Both the position numbers and the translations under genes were made by a program. From Octopus bimaculoides (lineage: Eukaryota), in NCBI RefSeq assembly GCF_001194135.2, contig NC_068998.1, positions 443,098-507,097 on the forward strand: 64,000 nucleotides of DNA, read 5' to 3'. Each line of letters begins with the position of its first letter. The stretch's first letter is position 1. Below are positions 52,050 to 64,000 of this stretch, in pieces. The notes beneath the pieces were generated by a model. It was not told the DNA's origin and searched no databases. It was given only the letters and a program-made list of their open reading frames with translations.

Positions 52050-52894
52050 ACAGATTCTATCAAGTGTCCAAAACAAAAGAAATGGAATCAATATTCATTG
52101 TGATTCTGGTTAGTTTTGATCAGTTGGATCTCTAGAAGATGAACAGATTGCGAGGAATGAAAGACTGGAAGAAAAAAAAGAAAAAAATTGATAAAGAAGA
52201 GAAAATGAAGAATAAGAACAGGGTGGGGGGATACAGCAATGAAGGAAAAAGAAGAGTGAAATAAAAAGAAAGAGATGGAAAAGGAGATTATTAAGAAAAA
52301 GAAGGAAAAAATGAAGAAGAGATTGAAAGGAAAAAGGAAGGAATATCTGTGTAAAATGAAAATATGAAGTTGAGCTAATAAGTTAGGAATCATCTTGATT
52401 GGTTAGCATTAATGTCATTTTAGATAAAGTGATAATTTTCAAAGTTAATGATAAAAGAATGGAATATGGTTTATTCTATTAGAAATGAAGAGTTTGATGA
52501 AGTTTTTTTGTTTGTTTTGAAAACAATTGTAAAATGTCTTTGTGAGTCTGCAAATGGTTATGGAACAAATAAGCTGTAGACATATATTGGTTATTTCTAA
52601 GGGAGAGAGAGCTAAAACTTCATTGGTGCTGCCAGTTGAGAACCTATGATGGTATTTCAGAAAGAACTACGTAACTAGCAACAAACAATAAATAACTGGC
52701 CATTACACATATGCACACACACATGCACACCGTGTGTGTGAGAAAGAGAGAAAGAGGGAGATGCATGTGCGTATAATCTTCTTTAAAACCTTACCATTTG
52801 AAGTCTCTACAGAATTGGTTGATGTTACTGGATAAATCAGAGGTGGTGTGTGAGGGCTGATATATTTTGATAGAAGGGCCTCTCTCTCGGAGTG

Positions 52895-53040
52895 AAAGGC
52901 AGAGTGTATGATGTGGGCTTTGCCTTTCATCCTTTCAGGGTTGATAAAATAAATACCAGTTGAACACTGGGGTCGATATTATTGATTAGTCCCCTCCCCC
53001 AAAATGGCTGTTCTTGTGATATATTTGAAACCAATTGCTA
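52895..53040 (+). mobile_element. SINE family B 3' part followed by a compound (ATT)n array
   Basis: ctttgcctttcatcctttcagggttgataaaataaataccagttgaacactggggtcgat. Confidence 0.75.
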
Positions 53041-53612
53041 TTATTATTATCATTATTATTACTAGTGTTATTATTATCATTATTATTACTAGTGTTATTA
53101 TTATTATTATTATTACTAGTGTTGTTATTATTATTACTGTTATTATTATTATTATTATTAGTTCCAATATGACCGTTGTTATATTTTCTAGCTTCAGTTG
53201 CATTTCAAGAATACATTTCATTCTTCCAGTACTCACCTCCCCCCCCCCCACACACCAAACATAGCTTTTTTTCAGACACATTTCCTAAAAGAACAATGGT
53301 AAACAAGCATTCTCTGTGTCACTGTGTGGAATGCTAAAGTTGCTTCTGTGATTAAGGTAAACTAATCAATATATACTACAATTCTAAGGAGCAGAAATAT
53401 TCAGGAAATACCCCCTCCCCACCCTCATCTTTTATTACCAATACACAAGAATCCTAATTTCATTTCCAAATATTGATTTTTTTTTTCATTTCTGATTCAA
53501 TAATTGAAGTTGACCTTTCCAAATATTTTTTCATATATATCTTTTACTATTTTGTGATTATATATATGTATGTATGTGTTACTATTGCTATAGATATATA
53601 CATGACTATTGT

Positions 53613-53643
<31 letters not shown>

Positions 53644-54103
53644 AAATATTACTAATGTTATATATGGAATAATCTCAGATTTACAAACCCTGTCTTTCCC
53701 CTCTCCATGTCTCTTACACAAATATAAAATAGTTCTCTACACAATGTGATAAACATGAAACATGTTTAACATTTACCATTATATTGGACTGATATGTATG
53801 CATATAAACATAGACACACATGTATATACATGTATGTATTTGTATGTGTATGTATATGTATATATATGTATGTACATAAGTGTCTGTATATATACACACA
53901 CATGTCTGTTTTCTGTTTGGTCATCATGTTACCATGGTTGTTGTGAGAATCAACAGGTAAGAGCAAAATTTTAAAATCCCTGCTTAAAAAAAGTTTAGTG
54001 AAGCACATTAAATTCTGCATGTGTTCAATGCTGGTTGGTAACCACTGAGATGTGTGTGTAAGAGAAATCCTCCTCTTCCTGTTGTTTTGTTGTTTAACCC
54101 CAG

Positions 54104-54189
54104 GCAATACTGATGGAGTAGTCCTGTGTTCAGGAGTTGGTTGTGCATCTCAGACTACATTTTTCAATGTCACCTTCCCTTTTAAGACA
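54104..54189 (+). CDS. Candidate exon (G)NTDGVVLCSGVGCASQTTFFNVTFPFKT
   Basis: Strong acceptor ttcctgttgttttgttgtttaaccccag| with a branch-like ttaac, and donor ACA|gtaagg (alternative AG|gtgtga 5 nt downstream). The other two frames hit early stops. Confidence 0.4.
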
Positions 54190-54443
54190 GTAAGGTGTGA
54201 TTTTGGAGGGAGCCGGCTGCTATTTGTAGCAGATCTGTTAACTTTGTAAAGGTTCCTCTATGGGCCTGTTACTGTTGTTGTTGTTGTTATTAGTGAGGTT
54301 TTTGTGTGCAATCAAATCAACATGTATCACCAACTATCACTAACACTACCATCACTATCATCATCATCAACATCACCATCGTGGTTAATTCCACATTCAT
54401 CAGCAGGGAGAGAACTTCATTAGGCAATGTGTATGTATTGCAG

Positions 54444-54476
54444 ATCTGCTTGTACCCCAGATCCATATGTACCCTG
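54444..54476 (+). CDS. Candidate 33-nt microexon, frame unresolved (ICLYPRSICTL or SACTPDPYVP)
   Basis: tattgcag| acceptor and CTG|gtatgt donor. Length is divisible by 3. Confidence 0.3.
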
Positions 54477-54772
54477 GTATGTATGTGTCACAAATAACAA
54501 CCAATACTATCTCCATGGTAACCACTCTCTTATTTAAACTAATTTCTCTCAATTCCTGCTTCATTAATTCACACTTTAATTAACTTCCAACGAAGCAATG
54601 GAGTATATCAATGTTGTTTCTTGATCTCTTCAAAATTATTTCATTAATCTTGTTACTTCTGTTGGGTATCTTGATAACGTGATGTGTCCTTCCCCCCATC
54701 TACCTTCAGAGCATGTTTTGCTGCAGTTTCTGTATTGCTGTTTTACATCACAATACCTTAACTCCTTTGTAG

Positions 54773-54811
54773 CAATGAACAGACTTGTCTACCTGAGGAA
54801 TGCCACCTCAG
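54773..54811 (+). CDS. Candidate 39-nt microexon (NEQTCLPEECHL or MNRLVYLRNATS)
   Basis: ccttaactcctttgtag| acceptor and CAG|gtatgc donor. Length is divisible by 3. Confidence 0.3.
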
Positions 54812-54875
54812 GTATGCCATTGGTTGCCATAGTGCATTCATCTTGGCCAACACACATCGTTGTTTTGTGTGTATG

Positions 54876-54906
<31 letters not shown>

Positions 54907-55119
54907 ATACAACACACACATACATGCGTGTGTGTGTGTGAGGGAGGGAACATAAGGCAGTGAAACTATTTAAACCTGATACAGTACAATCTCACTAATG
55001 CTGGTTCCTCAAGAAGTCACTGTCACTACACTTTGTAAAGTGGTTGGCAACCAACCAAAAGCAACATAACGTACAAAGGATTCTTTGGTGATGCCAAGGA
55101 CCTGGCATTGTTTAGGAAG

Positions 55120-55295
55120 CTGGTGGTTGGTGTTAGGAAGGGTATCCAATTGCAGAAACCTTGCCAAAAATAGAAGCGTATGAGTGAGCCATGGTTCTCT
55201 GACCTATCCGGGAGAGGAATACATCTGATACAGAAGGCGATTACTCATTCAATTTATATCAGCATGGAAAGCGGATGTATGAAGTGATGATGGAG
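55120..55295 (+). mobile_element. Diverged family A copy
   Basis: gtggttggtgttaggaagggtatccaattgcagaaacc..cagcatggaaagcggatgtatgaagtgatgatg. Confidence 0.6.
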
Positions 55296-55948
55296 ATTTG
55301 ATGTGTGTGTACATGCATGTAAATATATCATGTATGTATAATGACATGATTTAGTCATGGACAAATTTATAAGCTAAAAATAAAGATACCTAAAGAACTG
55401 GGAACAAAAAAAACATAAAACATATAATGATATAAATTTATTTTCCATTTAGAGAAATACAGAATTAAAAAAAACTGTTATTACAGGAAAAATTTTGGTG
55501 TAATTTCGGTTGGGGACAGAAGAAGCCATGAAAGTTTGAGTTTATTACCTAGTTCATTGGAAACTATAATCTTCTTGAAATACCAATGTCTTCATAATTT
55601 CAGAGTTGACTCTGTTATTAGTTCCTGGCAAATTCACCAGAACATCTTAGTTTAGTTTGTCAGAGAAAATGTTTCTATTTAAAGTAAATTATGGAGTGCA
55701 GATTATCAGAATTGATAGCAGAGAACTATTTGGGACAGAATGGAATCCCTTCTTCTGCTTCACCAACTGGCAATCATCTATGTTTCACTTCTTTCTCTCT
55801 CTCTCTCTCTCTCTCTCCATCCATCATGAGTATATTTTAAATTGAGATTATTATTCTAATGCAACTTCATGGAACATTTACTATTTATTGGGAGTAGAGA
55901 ATCATATATACACACAAATGGGGAGGGAGTGTAACACACACACACACA

Positions 55949-55981
<33 letters not shown>

Positions 55982-56019
55982 TCATATATATGAATGGGGA
56001 GTTTATGTCACATCATCAT

Positions 56020-56200
56020 TTTAAGCGAACCTTCCATGCTGGCATGGATTGGATGATTTGACAGTCTCCAGTAAGTCAGAGGTCTTCATTAAGTTCCAGT
56101 GTCTGCTTTGACATGCTTTCTTTGGCTGAATGACGTTCCTGGCCATATTACCAAATATAGTGAGTTCCTTGTGTGACACCAGCACAAGTGAAGTGGCACA
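56020..56200 (-). mobile_element. Diverged family A copy (antisense)
   Basis: catcatcattttaagcgaaccttccatgctggcatggattggatgatttgacag. Confidence 0.6.
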
Positions 56201-56542
56201 AGTGAATTGGTCTTTTCTGCCATAAACTGGAAACTGTCTCAAGGAACCACTATATTTCTAATGAAAGAGTTAATAAGTGACTTTCTAAGAATTATTTATG
56301 ATAACTGTTGTGGTGGGGAACAGGTTGCAGACAAAAACATATACGAAATTAAATATATATATATATAAAAAAAATACTGATTTGTTATTTTGAATTTCGT
56401 TTCTCTGAAACTAGTTTCCTTTAAACATTTTTGGAATATTCATTAAGAAATACAGAAATAATAGAAAGAAACAGTATTTTGTGGTGGAGAGAAAGTAAGT
56501 TGTTTGAAATTATCTGAATATTTATTAGAAATCTAGTCAAAA

Positions 56543-56591
<49 letters not shown>

Positions 56592-57021
56592 CAAAGGCAG
56601 CAGCAGCAGCAATGGTGACAATAATGATATACAGCCAGTATTTCTGCAGATAACACGATTTCATTTTCGCATTATTGGCAAACATGGAAACTAAATACTC
56701 TGTTAAGATGAACAGTAAAAATAATTTCAATTTTAGAGTAAAATAAATTATTGTTCATTCGCATAGTTTTTAATTCTTCTTTTTAAACTTTGGTTCATAA
56801 ATACAAAGTCAAATAATAAGAAATGTGACGTTATCGTAATTCCAGGAATATGTGATTCCAGATATTCTGAAGATATTAATAAAAATATAATAATAGTGAC
56901 ATTTATAATTATTTTAATTGAAACAACAGTGAAAATGAAATCTTTTATCTCTCTCTCTCTGATTTGGTGGAGAGGGGCAGAACCAGGAGTTCTAGGCTCC
57001 ATTGTATATGGTTATATGCAT

Positions 57022-57054
<33 letters not shown>

Positions 57055-57635
57055 TATATANNNNNNNNNNNNNNNNNNNNNNNNNNNNNNNNNNNNNNNN
57101 NNNNNNNNNNNNNNNNNNNNNNNNNNNNNNNNNNNNNNNNNNNNNNNNNNNNNNNNNNNNNNNNNNNNNNNNNNTGTCAGAAATTATTTTTTCTTTACCC
57201 TTTTTCTTTTTTTTTTATCTCTTTAGTTTTGATTTAAAGTAATTTTGCTTTGAAAACAAAGCACACATTTGAAAAAAATGATTAACTCAATCAAAAATAA
57301 ATAAATTCCTGTATGAATAATAATTGATTAAATTTTTTTTCTTGTTTTGTGGACTCATTGAGTTTGTTTTGTTATATTTATGTACTTGTTTTTTAAATTT
57401 TTTTTTTATAAATTATGAAAAATGAGAAAACGACCATGCCATCAACTGAAAACAATAATAATTAAGTAACGATTCAGCTGAGGTGGATTATTGGCCGAGG
57501 AATTTTAGATTTTATCATTGTTTTAAAGTTTTGTTATTTTTTTTTGCATTGTGGTTCTTTTTGTTTTGTTTGGGTCTTGTTGTTGTTGCAGTCAAAGTTA
57601 GTACCATTATTATTATTGTTGTTGTTATTATATTG

Positions 57636-57825
57636 GTCAGCTGGCAGAATCGTTAGCATACCAGTCAAAATTCTTAGTGGCTTTTCATCCATCATTACAT
57701 TCTGAGTTCAAATTCTGCTGAGGTCAACTCTGACTTCCATTTTTTTTTGAGAGGGGGGGGGGCAAGAAAATAAGTACCAGTTAAGTAATGGGGCTGATGT
57801 AATGAAGTACCCCGCTCCCTCAAAA
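57636..57825 (+). mobile_element. SINE family B, diverged copy
   Basis: ggtcagctggcagaatcgttagc..ctgagttcaaattctgctgaggtcaact..aataagtaccagtt. Confidence 0.7.
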
Positions 57826-58064
57826 TATGTTCTGTAAATCATTGAATACCATACTTGTTTCCTATATGCTATTTATTTTATAACTTGGTTCATATTCTGC
57901 ACACTTGCCTATCTCAAGGCTGATGCACCATGTTGTACCACACTGGATGTTGGAGTGGTGTATCGTACCCACTACTGAGCCAAGTCTTTCGATATGCATT
58001 GTGGTCAGTGTCTGTATATAAATATATATATATATATATCAGTCAATATCCCTTAATATCATTT

Positions 58065-58460
58065 AATATCCATTTTTTCCATGCTGGCATGAGTTAGATG
58101 GTTTGACCAGAGGTCAGCTAGAGAGCTGCACCAAGCCCCAGTCATCTGTTTTGGCTTAGTTTCTATGGCTGGGTGTCCTTCCTAACACCAACCATTTTAC
58201 AATGTGTATTGAGTACTTTTTACATTACTTTTATTCTTGTAAATGAGTGTCCCTGTCACACAAGCAGTATCATTCATTTCCAATCTTCTGCATAAACATA
58301 TTTGGCCAAGGGGAAAATATTACCTTACTTGGAATCAAGTGTAGGTTAGCAACAGGAAAGGCATCTGGCTGTAGAAAATATGCTTCAATAAACTGTGTCC
58401 AACCCATGCAAGTATGGAAAAGTGGTTGTTGTTGTTATAACGATGATGATGATGATGATA
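58065..58460. mobile_element. Two diverged family A copies in opposite orientation (- at about 58065-58215, + at about 58300-58460)
   Basis: The first reads tttccatgctggcatgag..gggtgtccttcctaacaccaacc (antisense). The second reads aggaaaggcatctggctgtagaaaa..ccaacccatgcaagtatggaaaa..gatgatgat. Confidence 0.65.
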
Positions 58461-58464
58461 TGTT

Positions 58465-58501
<37 letters not shown>

Positions 58502-58711
58502 ATATGTAAAATGACTTTATTACTTAAGGGTCACACTATTAAGGGGAAATGATGTGCTAAATGAATGATGATTGTTAACAGGCATAAAACTGGAATAGCA
58601 GAGCTGTGAAATGTTAAGTGTATATATATATATTCATGTGTGTGTGTGTGTCTGTGTGTGTGTGTGTGTGTCTGTGTGTGTGTGATAGGAGAGCAGCTGA
58701 AGCTGATTGTA

Positions 58712-58756
<45 letters not shown>

Positions 58757-58919
58757 TACAAACACATGGCAGACAACCATAGAAATTAGACATTCTGTAC
58801 TATTTTCGACATTTTCAGTGTTGCAATAAAGAAATAAAATCTATAAATAGGAAAATATTGATGGGAAATTATTGAAAATATATTTGTTGTGCTTTCAACA
58901 AGAAGAAACCTGCTCCTGC

Positions 58920-58962
<43 letters not shown>

Positions 58963-59000
58963 ACTCTATAAAAAGAAACACACTCTAAGTTATAGAGCAG

Positions 59001-59151
59001 TATATATTAAAGTGAGATAAGGCCAGCTTGTGGGATTACCTTAGGTTTCACATCCACAAGGGATCGGATGATATGCAATAAAGCTGGACCCTTTATGGAC
59101 GTGAAACCTAAGGTAATCCCATAAACTGGCCTTATCTCACTTTAATATATA
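59001..59151. mobile_element. MITE-like foldback with about 62-bp arms and a 26-nt loop, same family as 34866-35158
   Basis: tatatattaaagtgagataaggccagcttgtgggattaccttaggtttcacatccacaaggg versus the reverse complement of 59089-59151: four substitutions and one indel. TA at both ends. Confidence 0.85.
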
Positions 59152-59324
59152 TCCTTACTTCCGCCAATCTTGGATACCTTAAAAGGGGACATGGCTGTTG
59201 ATTTTCTTCATTAAACTCTACATGTAAAACAAGATATATATATATATACATATGTATGCATGTGTATGTGTGTGTATATATATGTGTGTGTGTGTATGTG
59301 TGTGTATATTTGTATATATGTCTC

Positions 59325-59384
<60 letters not shown>

Positions 59385-59527
59385 CATACATACATACATA
59401 CACACACACACCTACACATATAGAGCCTGTTTTATGTTTTAACTAAGTCTCCCCCCAAACTTTTTTGGGGGGTGGGGTTGCTCCTCTTCTTCTTCTTCTT
59501 CTTCTTCTTCTTCTTCTTCTTCTTCTC

Positions 59528-59675
59528 GGAGTGGTTGGCTTTAGGAATGGCATCCAGCTGTAGAAATACTGCCAGATCAGATTGGAGCCTGGTGCAGCCT
59601 CCTGGCTTGCCAGTCCCCAGTCAAACTGTCCAACCCATGTCAGCATGGAAAACAGACGTTAAATGATGATGATGA
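59528..59675 (+). mobile_element. SINE-like family A copy
   Basis: ggagtggttggc..catccagctgtagaaa..ttggagcctggtgcagcc..cagcatggaaaacagacgttaaatgatgatgat. Confidence 0.85.
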
Positions 59676-59852
59676 ATACGCTGATGCATACTAATTCAGT
59701 TAACAGATATTCTATCTTGATGTTTGGTGACAAGTCTCCTCATATCTCAAGAAAATCTTTTCTTAGGATTCCTGCAGAACATAGAATAGTACTTTTCTGC
59801 AGGTTGACATTATGAATTTCAAATCCAATTTTTTTCAGTCATTTAGCTAGTA

Positions 59853-59891
<39 letters not shown>

Positions 59892-59894
59892 GCA

Positions 59895-60085
59895 CCCTGG
59901 GGAAAATGTTTAGTAGCATTTCATCCCTCTTTACATTCTCGGTTCAAATTCTGCCAAGGTAGACTTTGCCTTTCATCTCTTCGGGGTTGATAAATTAAGT
60001 ACCAGTTGTGTACTGGAGTTGATGTAATTGACTTAAACCCCCCACCCTCACAAAGGTTTCAGGCCTTGTGCCTCCAGTAGAAAGG

Positions 60086-60090
<5 letters not shown>
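59895..60090 (+). mobile_element. SINE family B copy flanked by (ATT)n on both sides
   Basis: ggttcaaattctgccaaggtagactttgcctttcatctcttcggggttgataaattaagtaccagttg. Confidence 0.8.
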
Positions 60091-60129
<39 letters not shown>

Positions 60130-60771
60130 ACTCAATCTCCTAGAGGTACCATAGTAGTGAGGTTAAGGTGCTGGACTACTACCCGTGTGATCATGAGTTC
60201 AAACCTTTCTTGGAAAGCTATTGTCATACTCTTGAGCAATACATATAACCATTTATTCCAGTTTGCTTCACTGACATGAAACAGGTTCTACTCTTGTTTC
60301 ACAGTCCACTGGTTTGTAGAAAACCATCCGTCTGTGAAAACAATTGATCCAACAAAAGCAATCCAACACTGCAAGTAGGAAAACTGGATGTAAAAACAGC
60401 TGACGGCTGCTGCTGCTGTTGTTGTTGTTCTTGTTCTTCTTTTTCTTCTTCTTCTTCTTCTTCTTCTTCTTATTGGTCTTAACAAACGAGAAGGCTGATT
60501 TTTATAATGGGAAAAGCTACAGGCTATTCCATTAATCTCGGCACCAACTGTATTACATAGAAATTGATTCAAAATTCCACTTGAAATGTCTATGAAGGTT
60601 CCAAGCATCAACTGGCAGAAATTTATGGTTTTCTCAGCAGAAACTGATGTAGACATCTTATCAATACTGTTTGAACCCTGTCTTGCCTAATCAATGTATA
60701 CCCTAACATACATACATACATATATATGCTCTACCTATAGCATATGTATGTGTGTGTGCATGTATATGTGC

Positions 60772-60810
<39 letters not shown>

Positions 60811-61284
60811 TATCAATATTCACAATGTCATAAAAAAATCATTTCCAACAAAATTAAAATAATTCTGAAAAGAAAATCAATTTTAAAAAATTGAATGATT
60901 TTGCAATTGTTTTTATGTTCCCGTCTTCCCCTTCTACAAACGAGGGAGGTGAGGCAGCAAGGTTGAGCTGATTCAAAGAGAAAGGTTTTCAAAATGTAAA
61001 GAAAATCTATATAAATTATATATCTGAAATAGTTATTTTTTAATCATATCATTGACATCCTTTTGTGTATACATGTAGGTGCATACATTTAAATGAGCGT
61101 CTGTGTATATGCACTAAATCTTATGTTAATGGTAATGAATGCTTCAGAAAGTACCCAATACTGAAAGTAGTGTTTCAGTCGGTCAATTGAAACCAAAATC
61201 GCTTTCAACAAACACTACCGCAAACCTGTAAGGTTGACTGAGGATTCAAGCTTGGTCTAGGCTGAGCGAATTAAAACTCCTCCA

Positions 61285-61520
61285 TATATCATCATCATCA
61301 TCATCATTTAACGTCTGCTTTCCATGCTGGCATGGGTTAGACAGTTTGACTGGAACTGGTAAGCTGGAGAGCTGCACCAGGCTCCAGTCTGATTTAGCGT
61401 GGCTTCTATGGCTGGATGCCCTTCCTAATGGCAACCACTCCGAGAGTATAATGGGTACTTTTTACATGCTACCAGCATGAATGCCATTTACATGATACTG
61501 GTAATGGCCACGGCTTCAAT
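61285..61520 (-). mobile_element. SINE-like family A copy (antisense)
   Basis: Reverse complement of the family A core, with a (CAT)n tail on + at 61288-61307. Confidence 0.85.
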
Positions 61521-61692
61521 TTTACACACACACACACACACACACACCAAGTTTGCAAAGAATGCTCCAATCATGTTTAATAAATGCAATTTTAGCCTTG
61601 CTGTAGAAATAAACTTGATGATTAAACCACTCTACTCTCAGCAGTTTGGAAGAAAGGCTGAGTTAATTAATTAGTTTTAGATAACTTACATA

Positions 61693-61743
<51 letters not shown>

Positions 61744-64000
61744 AGTGAACACTTGTTCAATTTTTTTCTATAAGTGAATTTTTCACCACATGCAACTTGA
61801 AGTGTTGGTCCTTTAGGTTTTTGGCAAGCTTGGTTCCAATTATTTAAAGTAGGTCATGAGATGGAAATGGTTGCAGATCACTATAATGAGAAACTATATT
61901 GTGCTACTAAAATATATATCAACCTAGCCAAGGGATTCTACTACTCATTATTTTCCTTTGTCAAAGCTGGTGACTTTTTCTGGGGGGGGGTTGATCAGTT
62001 GAAAATGTTCCAGCAAAATGCTCAATTGTGGTAACTATTAGCAACCTCTTTAGATTTTTTGCTGAAAGATACTTCAGACTGTTTTAGTACATGTTGTTTT
62101 TCAGATAGATATAGTCTGCGATCATGTAATCAATTAGAGTATAGGATTGCTCTGTCCTTAGTCTCTGACTTCCAAATAAAATAGATAGGGAAGTGGAGTT
62201 TAACCTGTCACTTGACCAAAAGATGTTAGTTATGCCATACCTTGAAGTTATTAGTGATTAGTCACAAGTAGTTTTCTTGGTTATTATGAGATAGGGTGAA
62301 TGTAATTTTTAGATTCCACAATTGTGAAATACAGAAACCCATTAACATGCAGGTGATTAGAATTCGGCAGTTTCAGGTGGGTTATATGGGTAAGAAATGT
62401 GGGATGTAGCTTTTCATTTGCAGCCTTTGATACTAGAAGCAATATTGTCTTGGCAAGAATAGGTCCCTTTAACACTACAAGCATTAAAAACCTTATGGTA
62501 TTAGTGTAATTAGAAGTTAGTCCCTTACAAAAGATGGAAAGTTCCTTGCAATATTCATAATGACCTCTAACTTATGTAATGGAAACATATTCAGGCTATA
62601 ACAGCTATGAGTTACACACACACACACACACACACCAGCTATGAGAGTCATGAACACAAACTTCAGCAGTCATGAGTCACATATATACACACACAATAAA
62701 GCAGCTATGAGTCACTCACACACACCCATACCTTATCAGCCATAAAATCAATAACAATTAATGGAACTTCTTTCAGCTTCTACAATTATATTGTTATTGA
62801 TAAGTGTGTGTGTGTGTGTAAGTACATAATGTAATATGCATGTGTGTGTATATATATATGATGCGGCGTGTGTGTATATATGTGACACGTGATGTCATAT
62901 CTTTAGTCTAGAAATTAATAATGGTGATTGTCTATGCCACTGCAGATGTGATCTCGTCAACATATTTGATTGCAAATTAATATCCTCTCTCTCTCTCTCG
63001 TTCTCTCTCTCTCTCGTTCTCTCTCTCTCTCTCTCTCTCTCGTTCTCTCTCTCTCTCTCTCTCTCTACTATCTTATTTGTCTCTTTTCAAATCATTCCCA
63101 TATCTGACATTGTCCATCAAACCTTCTTTATATGACATTCATCTCTCTCTGTCAATGAGAGACAATCACTTCTGTCGTAACACCAGCGCTAGTTTCTGAA
63201 TCAATGAGATTATTATTCTATGAATATTCAGGAAAGAAAAAACAATCAGATAGAATGTTCTTTCACACACAACTGATTTCTCATTCAATTTCTCATTGCC
63301 ATAATTTATTCATTTCTGAATATTCAAAACCTATTTATAAAATAACTTGCTTTTTATAAGAATGCTTTAAAAAAGTTTCCATCAAGACAAGTAAGATGAC
63401 CGTGTGGTTACAGTGTTTGACTGCCAACCGAAAGATCTCCAGTTCTAATCTTTAATCTAACTGTAACTCTTTTGTTTGTGTTTGTAAACATGAGGATAAC
63501 TAATTCAACTTTGAAGGTAATCAGTGTTGGCATGAGAAAGTTCTAGCTGATGAACTTTTGTCTAATCCATGGTTGGTTGGATTCATCCACAAATGTTTAA
63601 TCTTATGAAATGATAAACTCCATCATTCATGAATTGTTATAAATGTTAATCTTAACATGACAAAGTCTGTGTAATTTGTCAGATTAAGGGGAATAAGATT
63701 CTAAAAGAAGACACTGCATTGTAGATAGATTGTAATTATAACAAGTTGAGAGTGGGAATAGACAGAGATGTGAGATGGCTGGCTATGCACCTAAGTGGAG
63801 GTAGTTTCTAATTAATGATAAGTAAATCATTCTGGTATATCATTTAATACTTTTATGTCTGAATTAGACACGTCAGGCCAAATACACATACACCACTCCA
63901 CCCCCCACCCCCATTTTATTACTCCCCCCCTCCTCAACATGCGTTGGACATGTTTCACTGTATTGAGTCACTTGCAATGGTTCTTCATCTGAGATATACA

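Noticed and set aside
60140-60260. tRNA-like A/B boxes (also at 37225 and 63395)
   Set aside because: No cloverleaf or acceptor stem, and they run into SINE body sequence. These are SINE heads, not tRNA genes.
2377-63100. Numerous poly-YI, CV, HT, I, L, P, V and R ORFs, some resembling signal peptides or TM helices
   Set aside because: They are translations of (TA)n, (TG)n, (ATT)n, (GTG)n and (AAG)n microsatellites.

Overview
Eukaryotic, AT-rich, microsatellite-saturated genomic DNA with ten N-gaps, most of them next to (TA)n runs. The dispersed repeat families look like those of Octopus/coleoid cephalopods; this is recognition from memory, not a search. About 25 SINE-like copies fall into four families. 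There are also two RTE-clade LINE fragments, two related MITE-like foldbacks and several minisatellites. No protein-coding gene can be named with confidence, and nearly all entries in the ORF track are translated microsatellites or N-runs. A few splice-site-bounded candidate exons on + (9105-9149, 11720-11913, 54104-54811) may belong to a long-intron gene. The most interesting signals are (1) a hammerhead-ribozyme-like catalytic core closing a 44-bp palindrome at 29.6 kb, probably inactive in this copy, (2) a candidate exon whose two splice sites are bracketed by an 11-bp inverted repeat, and (3) several foldback structures that could be ADAR substrates. There is no CRISPR array, rRNA or intact tRNA.
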